The notes below the pieces were generated by a model, which saw only the letters and a program-made list of their open reading frames with translations, did not search any database and was not told where the DNA came from. Positions 46,554 through 59,646 of a stretch of 64,000 nucleotides of DNA are shown piece after piece; within the stretch, counting starts at the first letter, position 1, and every line of letters starts with the position of its first letter. This DNA comes from Podarcis gaigeae (lineage: Eukaryota): the NCBI GenBank assembly GCA_964106915.2, contig OZ066918.1; one strand, 5' to 3'. The position numbers and the translations under genes are program-made.

Positions 46554-48216
46554 CTTTGCATTGAATATGGCACTAGTGAACCCGTGCTGATATGAACAGC
46601 TGAAAGGGGTGAAAGCTGTGAGATGTATCAGGAGTGGGGCAGGGGACAACTTCACTCTAGTAATGGGAACACATCCTTATTGAGATTTTCAAAATGTGTT
46701 CCTGGAGTTCCCTAGAAACTCATTAAGGATTTCTTCTGAATGAGAAGACTAGCTGCTCTGAAAAACAACAGTCTGCAACTGCCTGTCTCTGTACTTTGTG
46801 GCCACAGGAGAGAAATGGTGAACCCCCGAATTCAGTCCATGGCCCTGCAAACTGGCTACACCTGGTGTAGGAATCAACAATGTGAGTAGAGTGGACTGGA
46901 TATATTTTCTTAAGACGACAGCTTCCAATATATTTTCCCATAATGAGGGAAAGCCTTCCTGGAGAGAGAAACCACTGAAAACTGCTCCTTTAACATAGCA
47001 TTATAATAGGAATGTGTACAAATTAATGGAAAACATTGATGTTACAGTTGTTACTGTGGAGATTTTCTGCATATCTGGTGAAGAGGCCCTCTAAAAATTT
47101 TTGGAAGGAGATGGTTAGCATTAACAGCACTAATGCTATTGGCACATCACATTTATCAGAAAGTTTAAAGAGCAGTGTAAAGATCCTGGATAACAAATTA
47201 ACCATTAACTTTTAATTAATAATTCATATAATTATTAATACAGAAATAGTTAACTATAACAATGCCAATTTTCACATTGCATAAAGCATAAGCCATTGCA
47301 CTTATGTTAAAAGTGACCTATTTTAATAGCAAGGAAGAAACAGTTTTATACTATTTTGTAAAGTTAAAATGTAAAAATGATCAGGCATTAACTCTAATGG
47401 AAATCTATTAATATTAAATATTAGCTTATGTCATTATTTATCAAAGTGAATAGGCAATGCTTTCTTAATGGACCAGTAAACACTGTTAGTATGTTTAAAA
47501 AGTAAGAATTATATTATTTCTGTGTCACATTAAGCATCCCTCTAGTCCAGCAGCCAACCAGATGCTTCTGGAAGTTCATGAGCAGGGTAAGGGGGTGCCG
47601 GCAACCTGCTGTTATTTGTTCCAGGCACCCAAGCACTCAAAGGTATACTGCTTCCAACTACAGAGGATTGTTCTTACATGCAATGATTTGTGTGCAATTT
47701 CCTCCCTTTTATGTATAAGTGGTGAGATACAATTTATGTTTTCTGAATAAACAGGGTTTTCAAAAGTCAAATTTCTATATTATTATATGTTAGAATTGAT
47801 CCCCCCCCCAAAAAAAATGATGGGCCCCCTAATGAGTTGGCCATATGGTTATGTTCATTGGAACATCTTCAAAAGATAACACACAATCAGGAGGTCTCTA
47901 GCCTCATTCAATACTTGTCTGTTTAGAGTAATGACTCCCATTTGTGCCACAATATGTGATGATAGCATTATTCCAATAGCCTAGAATTTCACTGTGAACA
48001 CATGCCAATAATTCATTTAAACTGTGTGTATTAAACTAACCTTCAACCTTAATAGCTTTTGATAATAAGGTACATGCCAGTGCAGCGGTTGTAACTCAAA
48101 AATATTACACTATCCTGGCAAAAGTTTTTCACTTAGGGAAGAATGTCTTCTAAATCATCTGGAAATATATAGAAGATACCACTTGATGGGCAGTAATAGA
48201 TCTATCTATAATTTAC

Positions 48217-48262
48217 CTATTTCAGCTAACTTTTCAAAATCGATTTCTGACATGCCTTCCAT
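48217..48262 (-). CDS. ARHGAP8: ARHGAP8 exon 2 coding part (MEGMSEIDFEKLAEI-E); whole exon 48217-48321
   Basis: Acceptor tttttcag|GG at 48322/48321, in-frame upstream TGA, ATG at 48262, donor ATAG|gtaaat. Phase 1 joins exon 3 in frame. Confidence 0.75.
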
Positions 48263-48673
48263 ATACAAAGCTATCCAATGCAGAGAATGTTGTCTTCTAG
48301 TTCTTCAGTCCTTGATCAACCCTGAAAAACAACACGAAAATTATTAGAATCAGAGAGAAGGAGCATATTTTTAGGGCTCAGTTCCAGAGACATCTTGTTG
48401 CAGCTGTGCTAGGCACTCAGCATTGCATGACCTTTCTGCTCGTTTCTCTTGTAATAAAAAGAAGGCACCTATCTGCTTATTTCTTATTAAATTCATCAAA
48501 ACCTTTCCAAGAGTGGGCAGATCAGTATGGATCTTCAGGAAACTGTCTGAGTGATCTGCAGTGGATAAGCAACTGTTTCCAGCTCACAATGCTTTTAGCA
48601 GTGGTGATGAGAAAAAGCATTATTATTTTTTTTCTCTCTCTCTGCTAAATTAGGCTGCTGGAAACTGGGACAG

Positions 48674-48716
48674 GAGAAGAGAAGAGAAGAGAAGAGAAGA
48701 GAAGAGAAGAGAAGAG
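48674..48716. repeat. (AGAAG)n pentanucleotide repeat
   Basis: Direct reading. Confidence 0.95.
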
Positions 48717-50544
48717 TTCTGGTGTTGCAAGGAAACTCCTGGGCTGACAATGGGCTCTGAAGCAACTTGTTCTTCCATTCTATGTCTCCCTTCCTGATCC
48801 ACTTGGTGTAACTCAGAATTCTAGTGGGAAAACAAAATAGATTCTGCAATCCTAAAGTCTGCCCAGTCCTGATGCACATAAAAACACCATTAAAACCCTA
48901 AGCTGCAGCAAAAAGAGAGCAGGTATGGGAACAGCAGAAAAATCAAATATCTAAATCACAGCCCAAAGTGGACTTAAAACAGAAATGTTCTTGCTTGTCT
49001 CCTTGTAGTGGGATGACCAAGGCTAGGCAAATGGGAGGTTAGTTTTGCCGACCCACATGGGAATGGACTCCGGAAGAGTCAGGAAGTGGGTCTTTTCCTC
49101 AGCACCAAATTGACCCTGTGTGAGTAATAAGCAACAGGCAGATAGGCAGGCAAAAGCTCTTGGGAGGCAGAGCCCCCTTACTGCCTCCACCCACTCTGCC
49201 CCACCAAAGGTCTAGGTGAGCAAATCCTTCAGCCTAAGTTTATTTCGCAGATTTTCTAAACAGTGCCAGAATGCCCCTGCAAAAAAATCAGAAACAAGTT
49301 AAAACGCGAAGGGAGATGGGATCATGAAAAGAGAACATCTGCCCAGTTTTCAGCATATTGTTCCTGAGGGGCTCCAATTAGAAAGTTTCCATTTACAAGA
49401 AAAAAATTACTGTAGCACCCTAGGAAATTAATTTACCCCTGACCATAGCATTCTCTGTTCCTAAGAGATAACATAATCTCCTTAATAGCATTTGACGCCA
49501 AGTCTTACTGTTTATAGTGAACTGCCAGAATTAACTCTTCCTCAATGCCTAATGAAGGGAAATGTTCCACAATAAAAATTTGGAAACCTTCTACAATAAA
49601 GCCCAATTTGTATCATTCATGAGTACTACCTTTTGACAGCCTAGAAAGATTGTTGCCATGTAGGCATTAAAAAAAAAATGAAACTGCAAACACAAGTTAA
49701 AAAAAAATAAAAGAACCTGCATCAATGGATAGATGAAACAAAGCCAAAGGATTCCTTGCAATGTTTGTTAACTCTTTGATGCTTTCCCTTTGTTCCTCTG
49801 GCTGTCAGCTACACCTCTTATTTAAATGTAAAGCAGAATGCTATTGATCTGGATCTTTAAAAGGGAGGGAGGTCCCTATCTCCACACGCATCTGCCCTCC
49901 ACCAATAACTCTTTGTTTCTTCTAAGATGCAACATGAAATATCAGGCTACTTTAATATGCAAAGTACATTTTGCATTCTTTAACATCTTGAGAGGAGCTA
50001 AAGTTTCAGAGAACTTTTTTTAAAAGATAAAAATATCAATATTAAATTAAACCTGCATGCTTACTATAGGGTACCAAGAAAAGTAAAATGCAGCCAGTAA
50101 CAGTTGGGAGAGAGCAAAAGAGCTTGCATATCATTTTTATGAATTCTCTAATTAATGTCTAGGTTTCCCGTGCTGTGATCCTCTGGCTCCCGTGGCAGTT
50201 TATTTCCTGAGTAAAAATCCAAAAAATATCTCAACAACATCAATCCTAAAAAAGTTCAACAACTTCAATCCTAAAAAAAGGTTAACAACTTGGGTCAGCC
50301 CCTTTCACTTCAGCAAATCTGGCCCTCTTTGAAAAAACACACCAGTGCTCTAGATCTCCCACTCAAAGGTTAGGCAGAGAAGAGAGAAAGACAGCTCTGG
50401 GAGGTCTCTCCCTGCCCCATGGAAACCTCTGTGACACTTGCCTCGCTGGCACTGGAGCTCTGGCATCAGTCGTCCCTGTAACCTCACTTCTCACACTGAG
50501 GGAACAGCCAGAAGGCTCTCGGAGCTGGACCTCAGAGTATGGGC

Positions 50545-51005
50545 TCAATGACATGCTCCTTTAGGTATGCAGGGCCAAAGCCGTTTGGGGTGTTAAAGGT
50601 CAGCACCAGCATTTTGAATTGTGCTTGGAAACATACTGGGAGCCAGTGAAGATCCTTTGTTACATGGTCCCAGCGGTGCTCAGTCAACAATTCCGGCTTA
50701 GTTGTAGTTTCCAGGTCACCTTCAAAGGTAGCCCCATGTAGAGCGCATTGCAGTAGTCCAAGCGGGAGATAACCAGAGCATGAACCACTCTGGCGACACA
50801 GAGCACAGGCAGGTAGGGTCTCAGTCTGCGAACCAGATGGAACTGGTAGACAGCTGCCCTGGACACGGAATTGACCTGTGCCTTCAATGGACTGTTGTGA
50901 GTCCAAAATGACTCCCAGGCTGAGCACCTGTTCCTTCAGAGGCACAGTTGCTCCATTCAGGACCAGGGAGTCCTCCACACCGGCCCACCCACTGTTCCCT
51001 CAAGT
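50545..51005 (-). mobile_element. L2 LINE fragment
   Basis: VPLKEQVLSLGVILDS, LVRRLRPYL, VVHALVISRLDYCNALYMGLP and LHWLPV motifs, frameshifted. Confidence 0.9.
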
Positions 51006-51393
51006 TTCTGAGGTGTGCAACCAGGTGCCCCCATGACAGGCATCCTCATCGAGGCTGGAGCTGCGGGGAACCAAGCCACACCTGGGCCTTCGAGGCTGGC
51101 ACTGTGCTTCTTTCTCCTTGGGGTCAGCAAAGGGACGCGTACCCCTGGGCCAGTTGAGAGGGAGGAAGGGAGAGCTCAAGTGACCACCATTTTACGCAGA
51201 CTCCTGCCATATTCTCAGGACACGCTGAGGGAGCAGAGAAGGGGCAGCTCTGCAACTTCGCACCCCTGCACCATCCTCCGCGCCAGAGCCCTTTTGCGCA
51301 TCATTCATCATCCCTCTCCTGGCGCCACCAGCCAGTCACCCCCTACACAGGTCAGCAGGCACCGGGGCTCCCCAGGCTGTGTGGGAAAGGGAG

Positions 51394-51396
<3 letters not shown>

Positions 51397-51440
<44 letters not shown>
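51397..51440. repeat. (GA)n microsatellite
   Basis: Direct reading. Confidence 0.97.
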
Positions 51441-51443
<3 letters not shown>

Positions 51444-52976
51444 AAGAAAGGGAAAGTCAGTCAGGGGGGCAAAGAAGGGTCCCTAAGAGGAGAAGGTTCT
51501 CCTGAGTAGAAGGCAGCAGGCAGGGAGAAATAGGGGGAGAGTGGGAGGCTGCCTGGTGCCCAGCTGGTTCTTGCGGGGTGGGAGCTTGGATCAAAAAAAG
51601 AGGCAGATGGCAGCGGGCAGCAAGAAGCTGGCAGGGTGCTTCTCCTGGCCATTAACCACTCTGCACGGCAGGTCTCCTAGTCCCATGGAGTAGAGGGAAG
51701 CAAGGAGAGACCCCATAACTCGTGCAGCCCTGCTCACTACTCGTGCCGGCCCTCTCCTACTAAGGGCTCAAGCTGCCTCATTGTCCATGTGGCAGTGCCA
51801 TCCATTGGCCACGAGACGCCGCCAGGGTGGGGTGGGACAAGTTGAGGAGGAAGAGAGGAAGGAGCAGGGTAGCCGCCAATGCCAATGTGGCTGCCCAGTG
51901 TGTGCCTCTCCCCCAGCTGCCTAGTCCACCAGGGGGTGCAACACTTGGCACCACCCTGGCAGCCCGTAACCCACACTATGCCCTGATGTATAGGCGTAGT
52001 CAAGGGAGGGCAGGGGGCAACTCCCCTCCCCCAGATCAAGTAAAATAGAAATAACTAACTGACCAATCATGTTGGTTCTGCCCCCCCCAACAAAAGTCCT
52101 GATGCCAGGTCTGGGTTGGGCATGGATCCCAGGGGACAGAGCAAGGTGTAGCCTCCTCAGTCCTCTGATACACCCTCCCCTTGGAGGTGGGGCTGGTGGC
52201 AGCTATAGTTCAACATCTGGAGGCATATTGCTTCAAGGTCCTATTGATTTAAATGAAGAGTTAACTATATGCTTACATTTCTTCTATTGAAATCAGTGGG
52301 ATTTAAGTGCTTACCTTTGACTTTTGAGGACCCTTTATTATTATTTTAAAAGCAGAAATTTCACATTACACCAGAGAAAGATAACAGGTTTCTTTCCTTT
52401 TTTTTTTAAAAAAAAATTATGTTCTTTAAAAGCATCATGTTAGATATTTTGTGGATTCTAAGCTTTGGCTTTTGGTGATAAGATACAGGACAGAGAGGGG
52501 CACACAGAAAGGTTAATTTCTGAGATGGACTGAGATGCAGCCTTGGGAAAGTCAGGATGAAAGCAAGACAGACGAGCTTTTGTGTGCTATCATTCCAGGT
52601 TACACACTGATCAGACAGAGCAGATATTTTGGAAACCAATTTTCTCCCAGTCTCATTCATTCAACATTTGAGTTGAGAGAGAGAGAGAGAGAATGCTGTT
52701 TTATTTTCAAGAAATATATACTATCCAGAGCCAAGGAAGAACTCTTGCTTGGGCATTGATATTTCAGTTTAAACTCAAGCAGTTACAGACACCATCCTGA
52801 AATGCCTTCTTAATTATTCTACGCTGAAACAAGGGCTTCTTAAAGTTACATTAATATCCCTCCATGATGGTGTACACCTAGAGACACATTTTCCTTAATG
52901 CTTGAGGTAGAGGACACATACTGTAAGAGTGTGAAGCTAATGTACCACAGTGTCCCAACGCAAGCACACACTAAAG

Positions 52977-53263
52977 CATGGGTAGGCAAACTAAGGCCCA
53001 GGGGCCGGATCCAGCCCAATCAGCATGTTTTTACCTGAGTAGAATGTGTGCTTTTACTTAAAATGCATCTCTGGGTTATTTGTGGAGCCTGCCTGGTGTT
53101 TTGACATGAGTAGAATGTGTGCTTGTTTTGAAAATGCACCTCTGGGTTATTTGTGGGGCATAGGAATTCGTTCATTATTTTTTTTCAAAATATAGACCGG
53201 CCCCGCCCATAAGGTCTGAGGGACAGTGGACCGGCCCCCTGTAGAAAAAGTTTGCTGACCCCT
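52977..53263. mobile_element. hAT-Charlie MITE with an OC1-like right end
   Basis: Termini CATGGGTAGGCAAACT / AGTTTGCTGACCCCT, TSD (C)ACTAAAG, GGTCTGAGGGACAGTGGACCGGCCCCCTG end motif, and an internal duplication of about 70 bp. Confidence 0.75.
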
Positions 53264-55804
53264 ACTAAAGTCATATCATATTATTATTGTTGTTGTTATT
53301 ACTATTATTCTAAAGTTTAAAATGGAAAGATTGGGGGATGGCATCATGGTATCACAACAAATGACCAATAGGAACAGCCAATTAAAAAAAATAATAATTA
53401 GTCACTGCTCACAGGCTAAATACTTTTTTATTATTCGTTCTTATTCCTCATTTCTGCTGACATAAAGTATTTTATGCTACAAACTGTGATTTTATAATAT
53501 TAGTTTATGTGAACCACTCAGAAAACAATAGTACTGAGCAGTTTTATATAAACACAGTAAATAAATAATAATAATATAAACAATGTATTGTATTAAAAAT
53601 GGAATATGTGAAATGGTCTTCATAGAGAAAAACGACAGTTCAAAGATTTTCAGGGAAGACCAAGGTGATGGCATTAACTCTCCCAAGGGCTCCTCAAAGC
53701 ATCCTAATAATGGGGGGGGAGGGGAGGGAGAGAAAGGAGTTGGGGAAAGTGTTAGGCAACTCATTCTATCAACTGTCTACTCCCTGGTTCAGACTGGGAG
53801 ACTCCTCATACTTTACCCTCTGATGCACTTTGAAAAGTAAGAGAGCTGCAGGCTACTATTTCAGTTGTTCTGTCATGCTGCCATGTGTCTCCTAATGGTG
53901 CAGCAATAAAACTGCTAGCACCTTTGCAAAGCTAAGCAGGGTCCAGAATCGTTTCAAACTGGATGGGATTCCTGCACCGCAGAGGATTAGATTAGATGTC
54001 CCTTGAGGTCCTTTCCAACTCCATGAATCTAGTTCAGCTCACAAAAATTGGCAGTGTACTGGTCATTTTTGGCACACAGACACTCCAGCAACTTTCAAAA
54101 CCATCTCTGCCTTGTCATCTAGAAGCAATTTTATTTGCCACAGGCAACCAGGATAGTAGTTACTGGTACTACCTGGTACTACCTAGCCAGCTCCATTCTA
54201 GTTTGAGACTGCAGAGTTGTGGATAAAAACAGTTGCCTCTTCACACTTCTGAAAGGTGATCCCTCCTGGTCACAAGACCAAGTATCAGTGCCACTTTTAT
54301 TTTTATTTCACTAAGTTTTTGGGTCATGTGAATGGGCTCTTAAATAAGTCTAAATGGTGGCTGGATTACAGCCAGAGCTTGGCATAAAACAGACAGCAAA
54401 ATCTTATATTCGCTTGAAGCAGTGCACGTGTTTATTGGGTAAGGATGATTAGCTGTTAATCGCAATAAACATTAATGATCAACCGTTTTATGAAATCTGC
54501 TTTCTATTAAATTAACTAACTGTAAAAGGAAGCAACAACAAAGAATTATGTTAGGCTAAATCCACACTCAAGCAGAGATTATATCCCAAGAGTATAATGC
54601 TTTGGATCTTAGACTGAAATATATTTTAAGATGGCAGCTTTAATTGAATTAAGCTGGCAAGCTAGTGGACAACAGTCTGGAGTGTAGTAACTACATATTT
54701 TTAACTGCAAGAATGATCCACAGGGAATCATTCAGCTCAAATAAATTAGCTCTTCATAAAGAATATTAATATATTAAATAACACAGGCTCGAGTTTCTTA
54801 AGCATAGCACACAATAGAAGCAAAGAAACACAGAGCAAATGAGACAACAATGGCAATCGGCACATTGAAACAATGCAGATTCCCACATCAACAAGGACAT
54901 AGAGAGGTTCACCCAGTTCCCAGTGCACCCTATGAGATGAATTACATGTGGGTGGGAACAGGCACCTTGGTCCAGGGCTACAAATTACCCACAACATAGT
55001 GTGACTACAGCTAGATCAAGACCCTTACCTTTATTTCAATCAAGTGCTGTTTAAAATGGTAAAATGATTCTAAAATTGTGAAAAGACCTTCATGCAGCTT
55101 GCCTGCTCAGGAAAGGAACCAAAGATAGCCAGTGTGCCAAGTCACAGTATTTCCTCTGGGTTTCCTATGACCTTCATCAAGCTATGCAGATAGAAAATTT
55201 AAGTACCAAAATGGAAGAAGTGAACTGAAGCAGAAACACGTACTGATCTTAACAGGACTTCAAGTATGTGTAGGAATCTAGTTTTAATGAGATAACAAAC
55301 ACAATAAAACTTCAACCGGCTGTTCAGGTAAAAAGCAGGAAATGTTTGTCAGCACCACACAGGCACCATGTAAAGCTGTTGTGTTGCAGAGAACAGGGAA
55401 GAAAACGCAAACACAGTGGAGCCATTCTTTTAGTAAAACTGAAGTAAAGGGTACAAAATAAGGGTCTTCCCGCTTGCATGAGGAGAGAGGAGGGTACTTG
55501 CCCTCCAAATCTCCTCTGGGGTGTCAGCTAACCAAGGACATTTTTAATCTGCTTTCTTTCCAGGTCCTTGGAGGAAATCCTGCTGGACAGGTAGAGAGGG
55601 TGTGTGTGTGTGTGTATATATGTGTGAGATCAGCATACATGGTTAGAGGTTAAGCACATCCCTTGCACACACCCCTTGCACTTCCTATGCCAATACCCAC
55701 CCCACCCTTGCAGTTGTCTGATGTGCACACACCTCCCACTGTCACTCCTTCCCTCTCCTTCATCTTACACAGTACAGGAGATGAAGGTTTGAGAATACCT
55801 TATT

Positions 55805-56980
55805 TGCTCCATTAATTATGAAAATTCTAAAATTTTAGTTTTCGAAAAAAGCTTCTTCCCGTCTAAATGGGTGCTGGATGGCCATAACCTTGAACGGATC
55901 AAATACTTCAGTTATCTAGGGCTCACATTCCATCATACAGGATCTTGGAAGCACCACTGGCAAACCTCCCTTCAAAAGTCGGAGATCACAAAGCTAGCCA
56001 TACTCAGATTCTTTTTCACAAAGGGCAGCAAATATGTTCCAGCAGCCTTAAGGGTTTTCAACGCAAAACCCGTTTCCCAACTCCTGTATGCTGCACATGT
56101 CTGGCATAATGGGGACCTGCCAAAGCTAGATGGCTTTCAGGCAAAATTTCTACGATCTCTGCTGCAGGTACCCAACTGTGTCCCCAACTCCATACTTCTG
56201 TTAGAAGCTGGTGAATGCCCAATTTCAACTAAAGCGTGGTGGGCTGCCCTAAAACACTGGCTCAGGATTTCAGTGTTTGATCTAGGGAAGGGTTTGTACC
56301 AACACCTGACCAATGAGGAATTTGTCAGCAAATGGCAGAAAACCATGGCTAAAAAAGCCACCTCTATTGGTCCATCACCCCCCAACTGTATTAGCTGGGT
56401 TATGAAGGTGCCCAAAAGATGTTATAGCAAAGATTATGGGATAATGCACACAGTGACTTACGATCTCAATCACACGCAGTCTGTAGTCTGCTGGCAGTAG
56501 GAGTACAATATGGGCATGTCTTTAAGTTAACATCTTTAAAACCTGACAGTACCAAACTATCGAAGGCTTTTCACCAAAGTCAGACTAAACGTCTTTCCTT
56601 CTGCAGTGTTGGACGGCAGGTTGAGAGGAGTTCCCTACCAGGACAGATTTTGCTCATGTGCTCAAGACATCGATTCCATAAAACATATTTTGTTGCACTG
56701 TGCAAATTATGAGCAAGCCAGGGCTGAACTGATAATACCCTTGCTGTTACCTTTCCCGGGAAAATCAGAGGCTCACTATGTCAGGTTCCTATTGGAAGAC
56801 CAGACAAATGCTAGAACATTAGCAGTGGCAAAGTTTTTATTGGTGGTTGCAAGAACCAATGATCCCTATATTCTGAACAAAATGCTTGTTTAACCTGGAG
56901 GTAGGCTGTATGAATTGTGTATTGCTTTGTAACGATTTGTTGGGTCTCTGGACCGTAATAAAGATGGTTGTTGTTGTTGT
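55805..56980 (+). mobile_element. Degenerate RTE-X-like LINE, 5'-truncated
   Basis: ORFs 55871-56500 (FSYLGLTF...FQAKFLR) and 56606-56893 (CSC..DSIKHILLHC), AATAAA and (GTT)n tail. Confidence 0.87.
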
Positions 56981-58729
56981 ATTTGCTCAGGTAACATATA
57001 ATTATTTTCTCAGTGCCAAGCTAAATGATAAATATGTGTATGCACTCAGATGTCTTGTTTTTACTTTGAAAATAATAGCCCGGGGATAACCCATACTGGG
57101 ACCATGGCAGGCAAGAAGGAAGGGTTTAACCTTCTTTACCTATAGCACAGTAAAAGCACCCCCCTGAGCTGCTGCTTTTCCTGGGAGAGAAGCAGGTACA
57201 ACACTCCTATGCTATATTCAGCTATATCTCACCTAAAGCTGAACTGAGTAGGCTGTTCAGTGTTTATAGGCCTTGAGGTTGTTGCAGGAGGACAAAGTAT
57301 TACCTTTCAAAGTGTCCTTCTTCCTCTTATTCTCAACCCCTTTTTGTCTGCCTAGAATCCTCCTTGACAGGCTCTCCATTTAGGATCACCACCTACATGG
57401 TTCTCCCAAGCAACTCCAAATACCAGTTCACACTGCATGTGATTCCTCATGTGTTTTGTTTACCATATCACACAAGCAGCACCTGGCCTCCTGGGATGTA
57501 TGTTTCTTGTGTGGTAAGGAAATCGTGACATCAGAGGAACTAGAAGCCTTTCAGTCTACTGAACTTGTACACAGCAAACACTGAGGTAGTAACAGTGGTG
57601 GACTTGGGGCTTTAAAATTTCAGCAGTGCCCTGTGCAATGCTAAAATTTGGCGCATGCCCTACCTCTTGCCTTCAATTACTCACCACTGTTGCAGTGTTA
57701 CCTGTGGCACCTCTCAGCTTGGCGCCCAGTGTGGGCAATCGGGTCTCACTCCCCTAAATCCACCTCTGGTGGTAATAATCAGAGTGGTTTGGGCAAGAAT
57801 GATGGGTCTTTTGCACAGATAAGAATTTCAGCAGTCATGCATCTAGTGGAGTCATGCATCATCATGGAGGTCTGATAAACACCACCTCTGTTGAATTTTT
57901 CTCATTCACACCACCAGTACGTGTATAGGAAGCCCTGTCCTCCTTTCCATCCAGGGCCTCTAAAATGGACACGAATCTGATTATCAAAGGATCCAACTTC
58001 CCAGTAAGTATGTATAGGTTTACAACCTTACAGCACAAACTGAACATATTTAGACAGAAATCTTGCAGGTCAATGGGACTTATTTGCAAGTAAGTCATGT
58101 TGAACTCAGTGGGACTTGCTTCTAAGTAAACTTGCATTACAGACAAATTCAGACACTGAGGTAAACACCACTTTGCAGTTTACCACAACCAAAGAATAAA
58201 TTTGCAGTCTTACAGCCCTGATTAGTAGTTACCTGGAAGTGTAGTGCCATTAACTTTGATGCACTTTGCTTCTGAGTACCTTGAGGGCTGCTTATTCTGA
58301 AATAACTCCCAAGTAAGTTGAACAGGGCTTATTCTGAAGCAGAGGCCTACAGGATGACAGCCTCATGGGCTAGTCATATAAATGTTAACTAAGCAGTAAG
58401 ACCCATTGACTTTAGTGTGACATTCTCCCATTTAAAGCTCAGGTTATCCTGAAGGAGATTCCAGAGGGTCAGATGTTTGCCAGAAGGAATGGAGAGCAGT
58501 CTGTAGCAGCCCTGGTTGACTTGAGAAGAGACACACGGGCATCAACTGGGTTTAAGTTAGTCATAACTCTTATTTTATTTCAATGGTTCTACTCTAAGCA
58601 GTCAGCCTCCTTGGAGGTGCAATGGCCATCTGTCATGGATGATCTAGTTGAGATTCCTACCTTGAAGTGGGTTGGACTAGTAGTGGGTTCCAATTCCACG
58701 ATTCTGTGGTTCTATAGGAAAGTCCCTAA

Positions 58730-59510
58730 GGAAGAGCGGAGCGGATTCCCCTCGCTCGTGTGCGCAGCAATTCCCAGCGCGCATCCCGGGTTCAGGAAAG
58801 CCTCCCCAATATTATTGGAGGACGGGCTCAACCCAAACGCACAGATTCCTTCGAAATTGTAGCGCTGCTGCTCCCAAGACGTGGGTGGCAAAGGCGGCGA
58901 CCCCCCGCAAAGAACCACCACCGCCTCTCAGGTCCCGAAGCCTACGGAGGCCTACAGAGGAGTAGGCGGCCCCGTGCCCTCAGTGGGACTTCCTCCCCGG
59001 CCTCTGGGGACCTCCGTCCAGGCAGGGCGGCCGCGGGGGAGGCTCCGCTCGCCCACCTGAGCAGGAGGAGGAGGAGGAGGAGGGGAGCGGGGCGCTGGCC
59101 CACGTCCCTCCCTCGCTCCTCTCCCCGCTTTGGGGGGCGCGGCAGAGGCGACCCTCCCTGCTCACCTGGCGTCTCGGGCTCCCCTTCCTCTGGCGCTGCT
59201 CCTTCCGCCTCTCCCGGGCTGCAGGAACCGGCTGGGACGGGCCTGGTCCCTCGGGCAGGAGGAAGCAGCCTCGCCGCCCCCGGCCGGGAAAGGCCCTTCT
59301 GGGGAGGAGCCCCGGCAGCGCCGAAAGAAAGGGGGCTCTTCTTCGCACCTCAGACTCCTCACGGGGGGGGGAGCCCCTGAGGGGCCACAGCCTCCTGGCC
59401 CCCCTCGCCCCCAAACCCTGTCCGTGCCCTGGAGAGACGGCAAGGGACTCGCCACCAGGCGCATCTTGCTAGAAGCTGCTAGGGGCGCTTCCTGCGCGCT
59501 CCTTTGGGGA
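58730..59510. promoter_or_regulatory. CpG island / ARHGAP8 promoter
   Basis: Strongly GC- and CpG-rich against an AT-rich background, upstream of the first coding exon, and contains a minus-strand splice donor. Confidence 0.8.
59166..59300 (-). other. ARHGAP8: Probable ARHGAP8 non-coding exon 1 (5' boundary approximate)
   Basis: Consensus donor CCAG|GTGAGC at 59166/59165 inside the CpG island, on the gene's strand. Confidence 0.6.
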
Positions 59511-59553
59511 CAACAGAATTTACAAGTTACTATAATTCTGACTCTCCATGTTT

Positions 59554-59646
59554 TTTTGGGACTACAATTCCCATCATCCCTGACCACTAGGGATGATGGG
59601 AGTTGTAGTCCCAAAACATCTGGAGGGCCCAGTTTGCCTGTGCCTG
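59554..59646. mobile_element. hAT-Charlie MITE 3' fragment with a near-perfect 28-bp hairpin
   Basis: TTTTGGGACTACAATTCCCATCATCCCT ... AGGGATGATGGGAGTTGTAGTCCCAAAA, followed by CATCTGGAGGGCCCAGTTTGCCTGTGCCTG, a common squamate MITE end. Confidence 0.7.

Larger units (their letters stand above)
16807..59300 (-). other. ARHGAP8: ARHGAP8 gene span (Rho GTPase-activating protein 8 / BPGAP1), 12 coding exons plus a probable non-coding exon 1; about 428 aa if exon 11 is read without the 11-nt duplication
   Basis: Spliced exons give MEGMSEIDFEKLAEIELRKDE...[34 protein letters not shown]...[57 protein letters not shown] (BCH domain), then [17 protein letters not shown] (Arg finger) and [18 protein letters not shown] (RhoGAP). 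Diagnostic residues ([24 protein letters not shown]) match ARHGAP8 rather than ARHGAP1. The 5' end is approximate. Confidence 0.93.
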
